Assembly: GCA_041640595.1 (NCBI GenBank)
Contig: JBEPZY010000001.1
Span: 832,001-896,000 of the forward strand
Direction: 5' to 3'
Source of the DNA: Gemmatales bacterium
GTDB lineage: Bacteria; Planctomycetota; Planctomycetia; Gemmatales; HRBIN36
DNA: 64,000 bases
A model generated the notes under the pieces. The model was not told the DNA's origin. It ran no database searches and was given only the letters and a program-made list of their open reading frames with translations. The position numbers and the translations under genes were made by a program. Shown here piece by piece: positions 9,563 to 17,070 of this stretch. Position 1 is the first letter of the stretch. Every line of letters starts with the position of its first letter.

Positions 9563-12325
9563 ATGAATCTCAGGACAACCTGGATTCTCTTTGGCATCTT
9601 CTGCCTTGCCGTCGGGATTTTCCTGACTCTGCAATGGTGGAATGTGCCCACCCCGGAAGTGCGAGAGCAACGTGAACGCTGGCTGGTCGGAACCTGGCGA
9701 GATAAGACAAGCGATATTACCCGACTGGTCATCGAACGCACTACCGAAAGCAGCGGCAAAGAAACTTTAGAGTTCGTCAGGAAGGAAGGAAAGTGGCATC
9801 TGACCAAACCGGCCGAATATAAGACCGACCATAGTGCTGTGGACTCGCTCGTTTTCGACATCACCGGTATCGAAGCCGACTATACAATTCCCGTGCCCCG
9901 TGAGCCGGAGATGGTTGGACTGGATTCACCCCGCGCAGTTATTACCTTATATGCTGAGAAAGAAGACAAGCCTATTCATGTACGAATCGGCAAGGAAAGC
10001 GAGGGAGATACGCCCGTAGTTTATGTCAACAGTACGTTCCATAGTCGCCCTCTTGCAGTCCGCAAGACTCGCCTGGAGCGCGTGTTTGCTAAAGTTGAGA
10101 CCTTCCGCAACAAGGATTTATTACCGAAAATCAGCTTCGGTGAACGGCTGATAAGCATCAGTATTCACACGCCAGCTCGTAAGCTGGAGTTGAAAAATGA
10201 CACGACCTACAGCTGGCTCTTTGTTACTCCGCCAATCGGTTACGCCCTGGAAAACAAAGCACGAGACCTGGCTGATGCCATGGAACGGATTAAGGTGGTG
10301 AAAGAAAACGGATATATAGATGATGTTACTGAAGACAAGCTCTCCCAATGGGGTCTCAAGCCGGATCGGGCATCTTATATCCTGACGCTGGAAAAAAAGG
10401 GGAGCGGTGAAAAAGACGAAACTACTAAACATCAGCTACTGATAGGAGATATAGACTACGCTGCTAGTTCCGCACCATTTAGTCGGTGGTTGGCGGCCTT
10501 GGTGGCGGAACAGGTTGGGAACAACGTCCTGGCTAGTCTGGCTGCCTGGAATGCCCGACAGTACGAACAGGCTGAAGACCTTCGGTATTATGCTAAACTT
10601 GACACCGACAATTATGCCGTGCGCGTTTCTGGCAAAGAATTGCGTGATCTGGTACCCGCTAAGCTCGATGATTACCGCGACCGGCACCTGGTACGCTACG
10701 ACGTGAAAAAAGTGGACGCTATAACCCTGGACTATCCCGCAGGGCCAGTAAAACAAGTTCGCCTGCGGCGATGGCAGTTGCCGAAAGAGGGAGACAAGTC
10801 CGGCGATAAGACCGCGACTGCTCCGGTCGAGTGGTACCTCTACACGGATCAGCGCAGCAAGCTGGCGACGCATCCTCAGGTGGTGGCCCAATTTGTTGAG
10901 GCCCTGCATAATCTCGAGCTGCGCGATGCCACGGCATTTCTGGACGATACTACCCGTCAGCGTCGCTGGTTTGGTGACGATCCGATTGACCTAGGCCTTG
11001 ACCCGGGCAAGGAGCTTTGCACGGTTCGTATCTGGAGCGATGGTATTTTGCGCGATAAGGAGGGTAAACCTGAAGGCGAAGGTGAACCGAAACTACGGGA
11101 CGAATCTAAACCGCTGGTGAGTCTGCGTGTTGGCAGGCACGATGAAAAACGGAAAGTAACCTATATCGAGCGCCGGCTGGCTGATCAACCGCCGCTGATC
11201 CTGGCAGTACCCGATCCAGCGGAGAATGTTAGTGGCATTAGCGGACCTTTTGAGCTAAGGGAACGTTTAGCTGGCGGTTACTATTACTTCCGCGACCGTA
11301 GCCTGAAAAGCTTCGTTTCCGATTATGTGCAACGTTTGGAATACACTCGCGGGGCAACCACTTTGCTCATTGAAAAAGAAGGCGGCCAGTGGAAAATCAA
11401 AAAGCCCTTTGAAGCACCCGCCGCCAACATAGATGCTCTCTTGAGCACTTTGAAGATTATGCAGGCCGATAAACTGGTCACAGATACCGCCAGCGATCAG
11501 GACCTAACCAACCTTTATCAACTTGGCGACAAGGCCTGGATACGCATACGAGTCTGGGAACAGCCGAAGGACCAAACGAATCCTAACGAACTCGTGTATA
11601 GTATCAGCAGAGCTATTGATAAAGAAGGGCCGGAAAAAGGCCAGTACTACGCGAATTTGCATTACAAACCAGCCACGGCAGACCAACCTGAAGCAAATAA
11701 GTTTGTGTTTGTGCTTAAGCGAGAAGTGGTGCGGGAACTGGATATCGAACCACGCAGCGGCACCGTTTTTGAAGCGAATAACACACAAGCCCAGGAAATC
11801 CATCTCCGTTGGCACCGCCAAGATAAGGATGGCAAACCGCAGCATATAACCATGCAACTGGCTTATCGCTCCGACAAGGAAGGAGAACCTCCGCGCTGGC
11901 AGGTGCTAAGCTGGACGATTAATGGCCAAGAGCAGAAAAAAGATACGTTCAGGCTCGATGTCGGGAAAGTAGAAAGCCTGCTGGCGAGTCTAGGATGGAA
12001 AACTGGCGTCAGTTCGGCAACACTTCTAAGCACGGAGCGATTCCTTCAATATAGCGGCAAGCTGGCAGCGGAATACCGATTGGATCCGCAGGATACTAAG
12101 TCGCCGCCCGCTCTGGTGATTGAGGTGTTTTCTGGCGACAAGAAAATCCAACAGCAATTGATTATAGGTAACCTGTGGGAACCAAAGATCGAGGAGTTCC
12201 CAGGTCTGAAGGAAAAACGTTATTACTATGCCCGAGCCTCCTCCCTGCCGGAAGCAGTGTTTGTATTGCCCGAAACAACGTGGAGCAGTCGCGTGCAGGG
12301 GCCGGAGTTTCTGCAGGTGCCTTGA
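9563..12325 (+). CDS. Multi-DUF4340 domain protein
   Basis: MNLRTTWILFG anchor, then repeated W-x-L-x-x-P...D...GL...P...IGK modules. This is the typical last gene of GldAFG clusters. Confidence 0.78.
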   Translation: MNLRTTWILFGIFCLAVGIFLTLQWWNVPTPEVREQRERWLVGTWRDKTSDITRLVIERTTESSGKETLEFVRKEGKWHLTKPAEYKTDHSAVDSLVFDITGIEADYTIPVPREPEMVGLDSPRAVITLYAEKEDKPIHVRIGKESEGDTPVVYVNSTFHSRPLAVRKTRLERVFAKVETFRNKDLLPKISFGERLISISIHTPARKLELKNDTTYSWLFVTPPIGYALENKARDLADAMERIKVVKENGYIDDVTEDKLSQWGLKPDRASYILTLEKKGSGEKDETTKHQLLIGDIDYAASSAPFSRWLAALVAEQVGNNVLASLAAWNARQYEQAEDLRYYAKLDTDNYAVRVSGKELRDLVPAKLDDYRDRHLVRYDVKKVDAITLDYPAGPVKQVRLRRWQLPKEGDKSGDKTATAPVEWYLYTDQRSKLATHPQVVAQFVEALHNLELRDATAFLDDTTRQRRWFGDDPIDLGLDPGKELCTVRIWSDGILRDKEGKPEGEGEPKLRDESKPLVSLRVGRHDEKRKVTYIERRLADQPPLILAVPDPAENVSGISGPFELRERLAGGYYYFRDRSLKSFVSDYVQRLEYTRGATTLLIEKEGGQWKIKKPFEAPAANIDALLSTLKIMQADKLVTDTASDQDLTNLYQLGDKAWIRIRVWEQPKDQTNPNELVYSISRAIDKEGPEKGQYYANLHYKPATADQPEANKFVFVLKREVVRELDIEPRSGTVFEANNTQAQEIHLRWHRQDKDGKPQHITMQLAYRSDKEGEPPRWQVLSWTINGQEQKKDTFRLDVGKVESLLASLGWKTGVSSATLLSTERFLQYSGKLAAEYRLDPQDTKSPPALVIEVFSGDKKIQQQLIIGNLWEPKIEEFPGLKEKRYYYARASSLPEAVFVLPETTWSSRVQGPEFLQVP

Positions 12326-12340
12326 TTAGTTGCATCCGCG

Positions 12341-12395
12341 GCTTATAAGCACCAGCAGTCCCGGGAGCGCATGCAGAGCTGGTGCTCTTATAAGC
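12341..12395. repeat. Imperfect long inverted repeat between convergent genes
   Basis: gcttataagcaccagc ... gctggtgctcttataagc (16-bp stem with a 2-nt bulge). Confidence 0.6.
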
Positions 12396-12478
12396 TCTTA
12401 TAGTCGTGGGGTCTAATAGTGCAATTCCGCTAAGATCATTGGCTGTATAAGAACCTAACCTTGCGGCGACGGTAAATG

Positions 12479-13123
12479 TCAGGGCAGCTTTCGGCGCAAC
12501 TGGGTAAGCCGAGCTTGTAGCTGAGGTTGCCAGGGATCGCGCTCGAGGGAGCGCTCATACAAACTGCGGGCTCGGTCGGGGTAGGAGTAAATCTCATATA
12601 GTCGGCCACGCTCGGCTAAAGCAAAAGCATGCCGGGGATCGAGTGCAAGAGCTCTATCCAAAGCGGATTCTGCGGCCGGATAGTCGCCCTGTCGCAACAA
12701 GTACCACCCATATAGTGCCAGCGTATCCGCGGAATCGGGGCGGCTCCTTAGCCACTCACTTACAAGCTGGCGAAGCTCATCCTGACGATTCTCCTGCCAC
12801 AATAACTGTGCCAATCCACGACAGGCAGGCAATAAATGTGGGTCGAGCGACAACGCCCGGCGGTAATGCTCTTCCGCTTCGGAGAGTTTACCCTGAGCAT
12901 GAGCCAGTGCCGCCAGGTTGTAGTGGGTGTGAGGGTCGTTGGGAGCAAGAGTCAGAGCCCGTTGGAATTGTGCTTCGGCTGCGGAATAGTTGTTCTGCAA
13001 GAGATTAGCGACACCCTCGCGGTTCAGTGCAGCTACCTGTTCCTGAGCTGACGTGCCGCACCCGACTACCAGCAAGGCGATCCCTATCAGGTTTGCCCAC
13101 AGCGGCCGAAGTAGGCAGTGCAT
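12479..13123 (-). CDS. Tetratricopeptide-repeat lipoprotein
   Basis: Lipobox-like LLVVGC and multiple TPR units (A..F.RAL.L.P, Y.RAL.LDP). Confidence 0.85.
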   Translation of the reverse strand: MHCLLRPLWANLIGIALLVVGCGTSAQEQVAALNREGVANLLQNNYSAAEAQFQRALTLAPNDPHTHYNLAALAHAQGKLSEAEEHYRRALSLDPHLLPACRGLAQLLWQENRQDELRQLVSEWLRSRPDSADTLALYGWYLLRQGDYPAAESALDRALALDPRHAFALAERGRLYEIYSYPDRARSLYERSLERDPWQPQLQARLTQLRRKLP

Positions 13124-13368
13124 ACCGATTATCTCGAATCCCCGCGTCCTGGTTTATAGTTGCCCTCGTTGTGAATCACAGCCGAAGCAATCGGGGAACG
13201 ACCTGGGCGGCAAGGTTTTTTCGTTGCGTGCTGCGATGCTTTTTGCCCGGTTGCACCGAAATCGACCGGAAGCGGTCGGCCTCTCGATACGGCGAGACGA
13301 TATTGCTGCATAACAAATCGGCTTACTGTTGCCAATCCAGGTTGGGCACGGCCATCGGATAAGCGCTC

Positions 13369-13397
13369 TTGAAAACGCGAATTCGCCGGAGTAAATT
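13369..13397 (+). promoter_or_regulatory. Sigma70-like promoter
   Basis: TTGAAA-N17-TAAATT about 80 bp upstream of ATG 13476. Confidence 0.5.
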
Positions 13398-13475
13398 TAT
13401 GGGCCAGCTGCATCGTCAGCTGACCCAAGGAAGATGATGCGACCCAAGCAGTGTCCCGTACATGGAGGTACGAAC

Positions 13476-14231
13476 ATGGCTCGACACGTGCGTCCACGCA
13501 TTGGAATCAACACTGATTTTGTTCCGGGGAAATTGGAAGGTAGCGGACAACTACGGTTGCACATCGGTTATGCCGAATCGGTGTACGCCGCAGGAGGTTT
13601 GCCAATCATCATTCCGCCGGTCTTGAAAGCGGCAGACCTGGACGCCTTGCTGGATCATTTGGATGGCGTGGTGCTGGTGGGCGGTCAGGGAGACCTGGAT
13701 CCGAAACGACTGGGCTTGCCACGACACCATGCCGTTCATCCCATTCCAACCAAGCGGGAAGATGCGGATCGATTGCTCTGCAAACTCGCGGTAGAACGGC
13801 AACTGCCTGTTTTGGGCATCGCTCTGGGAATGCATCTGCTCAACGTCATCTGTGGTGGCACACTGTACCTGCATCTTCCAGAAGATCTGCCGCGCAGTTT
13901 GCCCCATCTTGATCCCACCGGTGGCGTGCATCGCCATGCTGTCAAATTACAACCGGGCAGCCGACTGGAAGTCATCTACGGCGAGGAAGAAATCCTCGTC
14001 AACAGTTACCACCACCAGGCAGTGAAGGAAGTGGCTCCGGGCTTCCGCGTGGCAGCAACTGCTCCGGACGGCGTAATCGAGGCTATCGAATCCGAATCCG
14101 AAGAATGGTGGGCCATGGGAGTTCAGTGGCATCCGCATTCGGAAACCGCCTCGAAGTTGGACTTGCAAATCTTTGAAGCGTTCGTGCAGGCCTGTGCCAA
14201 ACGCGACTCGGTACTGGCACTGGCAGCCTGA
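13476..14231 (+). CDS. Gamma-glutamyl-gamma-aminobutyrate hydrolase (peptidase C26/PuuD)-like protein lacking the catalytic Cys
   Basis: RPRIGI, AGGLPIIIP, DGVVLVGG, VNSYHHQAV, APDGVIEAIE and GVQWHP. The nucleophile site reads LGIALG. GGAGG RBS. Confidence 0.85.
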   Translation: MARHVRPRIGINTDFVPGKLEGSGQLRLHIGYAESVYAAGGLPIIIPPVLKAADLDALLDHLDGVVLVGGQGDLDPKRLGLPRHHAVHPIPTKREDADRLLCKLAVERQLPVLGIALGMHLLNVICGGTLYLHLPEDLPRSLPHLDPTGGVHRHAVKLQPGSRLEVIYGEEEILVNSYHHQAVKEVAPGFRVAATAPDGVIEAIESESEEWWAMGVQWHPHSETASKLDLQIFEAFVQACAKRDSVLALAA

Positions 14232-14382
14232 CCTTCTCTGGCATGCAGCCTCCGAAGCAAATTGCGTGGCTTGAACATCCAAACTGACCGAGCGAGCACG
14301 TCGCCGTGGTGTAAAAGCACCGGAATTAACTACGCGACTTGCACGCCCGCAGAACAGCACTGACTGGTAGGCGACGCTTTGC

Positions 14383-15600
14383 ATGATAAGCCAGCGCTAC
14401 CTGGCTGGGCTGTCCACTGAACCGTCTCACGGTGTTCTGGAAGCGGCAGCGATCTGTGTTACCGGCAGCGGGACCTCCTTGCGTGTGCAACGAATCGCAG
14501 CCGATGTACTGCCCTGCCCTGTCGCTCTTCACGGGTCTGGCATCTGGGCCACCGGGAACGTCCAGGATATTCGCTTGTGGATTTCGCTCTCGGCCACTCT
14601 TGCCCAAGCTCTTCTCGAAGCCTTGCGAAAAGCGACAGACCGATTGGGCATAAGTTGGCATGAGCTATTATGTGCCGGTTTGTTCGAGCCTTACCTGATA
14701 TTAGAACCACACGAACACGGGGCGTTTGGTTTGCAGCTGCCTTTGGCTGCATTGCTTGCTGAGTTGACGGGCATCAGCATGGCTCATGCCTTCGGTTTAC
14801 GGGATTTTGCAGCAGGCGGGCAAGGCATGCCCGTGGTGGCGACGGCGGATTGGATCCTTTTCCACTCCCCGGCGGAAGACCGCGTCGTCGTGCATCTGGG
14901 CGACATTTTCTGGATGCACTGGCTGCCGCGGAACGGTTCCTGGCAACAGATGCGTGGAGCCGTGGTCGGTCCCGGCCTGGCTTGGCTAACTGCTCTGGCG
15001 TGGGCTTTGAACTTCGGAAGGGAGTCCAGCGACCGCCTGGGGCATCTGGCTGTTCAAGGGCGAGTTCGCCACGACCTGATGGCGCGCTGGCAATCGCATC
15101 CGGCGCTATTACGGCGAAACACTCGCGGAATTAGTTTGTCGGCCTTCGGTTATGAGTGGACGCAAAGCACCGTTCAACTGGCCAGGCAACGCGGCTGGCC
15201 CGGTTTTGACATACTGTGCACGGCCCATCACTGGCTGGCAATACTTGTCGCCGACACCCTCAAGCAGCTTGTCCAGGATACCGATGCTGCTCGTGTCATT
15301 GTTACCGGACACGGGCAACGCAACGGGTTCTTATGGCGACTGCTGGAGGAAAAACTTGTCGGCCTGCCTGTGGAGCGTTCCGACGTTCATGGCGTGCCCG
15401 CCGAAGCAACTCAAGCAATACGGTCGGCCATTCTGGCTGGTCTCTTGCTCGATCAGGAACCTGCAAGCGTGCCGAGTCTTACCGGAAGCAGCGGGCCGCG
15501 AATGCTTGGCGAATGGGCTCCCGGTTCGCTCTCCAACTGGTCGCGATGTTTGCACTGGATGACCACCGGCACCGACCCGCAGATGTGGGAAGAACCCTGA
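14383..15600 (+). CDS. Anhydro-N-acetylmuramic acid kinase (AnmK)-like protein, divergent
   Basis: LLAELTGI, RDFAAGGQGMPV, GHLAVQGRV, TGHGQRNGFL and SVPSLTGSSGPRMLG follow the AnmK layout, but several catalytic motifs are degenerate. Confidence 0.75.
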   Translation: MISQRYLAGLSTEPSHGVLEAAAICVTGSGTSLRVQRIAADVLPCPVALHGSGIWATGNVQDIRLWISLSATLAQALLEALRKATDRLGISWHELLCAGLFEPYLILEPHEHGAFGLQLPLAALLAELTGISMAHAFGLRDFAAGGQGMPVVATADWILFHSPAEDRVVVHLGDIFWMHWLPRNGSWQQMRGAVVGPGLAWLTALAWALNFGRESSDRLGHLAVQGRVRHDLMARWQSHPALLRRNTRGISLSAFGYEWTQSTVQLARQRGWPGFDILCTAHHWLAILVADTLKQLVQDTDAARVIVTGHGQRNGFLWRLLEEKLVGLPVERSDVHGVPAEATQAIRSAILAGLLLDQEPASVPSLTGSSGPRMLGEWAPGSLSNWSRCLHWMTTGTDPQMWEEP

Positions 15601-15674
15601 TCTGGCCAGCAGCTACCTCCAGCCAGCCACGGGCTGAATCCTTGACATTGCTGCTACAGGATTCGGTGCAAGCA

Positions 15675-15702
15675 TTGACAGGATACGCTAGGCCGCTAGG
15701 AT
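15675..15702 (+). promoter_or_regulatory. Sigma70-like promoter of tRNA-Pro
   Basis: TTGACA-N16-TAGGAT about 25 bp before the tRNA. Confidence 0.6.
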
Positions 15703-15726
15703 TATTGTGCCGATCGAAAGCGGCTA

Positions 15727-15802
15727 CGGGGTGTAGCTCAGCTTGGTTTAGAGCGCTTGGTTCGGGACCAAGAGGTCGCCGGTTCAAATCCGGCCACCCC
15801 GA
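15727..15802 (+). tRNA. tRNA-Pro (anticodon CGG), CCA not encoded
   Basis: Acceptor stem cggggtg/caccccg, D-arm tagctcagcttggtttagagc, anticodon arm cttgg-ttcggga-ccaag, T-arm gccgg-ttcaaat-ccggc. Confidence 0.97.
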
Positions 15803-15947
15803 CTGTGTTTGTTGGACTTAACCTGGAAAACGCATCACGCACGCATCCCCGTTTTCACAAGGGGACCGCATTATAGCGGTTCATCGCCATTCGTTTGTGG
15901 CATACACCGGCGGTGGACTTTGTACGTTGCCGCCGGCACGTCGGGCT

Positions 15948-16091
15948 TTACGTTGTGGAACGAGGCGCTACTTCCTCGGATTCGCGGAAATAACCCGCAC
16001 CCTGCATCACCTGTACGATGGCATCCCCGGGCACCTCTACGCTCACGCAGACAGAAGCAAGGTCGCCAATCAACATGAGTGCATCTTGCAT
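15948..16091 (-). CDS. Putative small protein, 47 aa (MQDALMLIGDLASVCVSVEVPGDAIVQVMQGAGYFRESEEVAPRSTT)
   Basis: ATG preceded by GGAGGG. Same strand as, and downstream of, 16238..16786. Below the ORF-track size cutoff. Confidence 0.45.
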   Translation of the reverse strand: MQDALMLIGDLASVCVSVEVPGDAIVQVMQGAGYFRESEEVAPRSTT

Positions 16092-16237
16092 AGGCACACC
16101 CTCCGTTGATTAATGCACACACAAACAAGGTTGCCTAACCGACACGAGTGGAATGGCGGGTTAAAGGTGCGCGCGGCAAACGAATGTCGAAATTGACCAG
16201 CGTTAGCAGCAACCTGGCCGCTTATGCTTTCACAAAG

Positions 16238-16786
16238 TCAGTGAATGATCTGCTTCAGTGGTGCCAGTAAACCTTCGCGCTCCTGCTGTTCGAGTTCTTT
16301 GCGAACCTCGCTCAGACCGTAGGCACACAGTTCGAACATGTGGCTGAGTCGCCGCAGCACCGCCGCTTCTTCGCGATACGGTTCCTCGTCGAAGGTGCTG
16401 GCGATGTAATAAGAGCGTTTGCCCTGCTCGCAGTAGTCCACGAAGAAATCCTTGCTGTGCACAGACCGCAGCCGCTGCAGCGCTTCGGGAAACAAGCCGG
16501 TCCAGAAAAGCGTAAAGTCGCCGATATGACGATGGATTTCCCTGCGAGTGCGCCCTTCGGGAGGTAATTCCTCGGCAAGCATGACCATTTCCACTACTTC
16601 CTCGATGGGGCGTCCCGTTGGCTTGCGCAGGCGATAGACCGCGTCCATGCGAAGAAACCGCAGAAGCATTCCTGCTATGTAATCAATGACAGCGAAATCT
16701 CCCAGACCGAGCCGGGTTACAAACGCCTGCTCGGTAACGCCCGTCAAGAGCCGACGCAATGGGTGCGACGCTGGCAATTGATACAT
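16238..16786 (-). CDS. Conserved hypothetical alpha-helical protein
   Basis: RHIGDFTLFWTGLFPE and GKRSYYIAS motifs, recalled from an uncharacterised family in Planctomycetota and other phyla. Confidence 0.8.
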   Translation of the reverse strand: MYQLPASHPLRRLLTGVTEQAFVTRLGLGDFAVIDYIAGMLLRFLRMDAVYRLRKPTGRPIEEVVEMVMLAEELPPEGRTRREIHRHIGDFTLFWTGLFPEALQRLRSVHSKDFFVDYCEQGKRSYYIASTFDEEPYREEAAVLRRLSHMFELCAYGLSEVRKELEQQEREGLLAPLKQIIH

Positions 16787-17070
16787 GGCCAGGTCCCGCC
16801 AGATTCACTCTACTCCCGGTACACCACTCCCTTGTCGGAATCGTCTGTCTGGCAGGTGTCAGTTTGCTGCCACAGCCAGGAAGCAGTGACGCTGGCAAGA
16901 ACATTATTCGCAGAATCGTTAGCACCGTCAAATTTCCACATCGCATGTCAGCCAGTATTGCCGAGCCGCGATTTCTGCACCGTTGTGCTCTATTTCCGGG
17001 CCGGAACAAACGTAGGATTGTACAGGGTACAACCACGCGGATGTTCGACGCAAACACGGGGAGCGGAGCT

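Noticed and set aside
15727..16237. tRNA-Pro as an integration site for an island
   Set aside because: No integrase nearby and no duplicated tRNA 3' end seen elsewhere in the window.
16870..16890. cagccaggaagcag, resembling SRP RNA helix 8
   Set aside because: The full CAGG..GRAA.GAAGCAG hairpin and long flanking stem are not present.
16759..17070. 104-aa N-terminal extension of the acyl-CoA synthetase in the ORF track
   Set aside because: It overlaps the divergent gene start. The RBS and family homology begin at ATG 17071.
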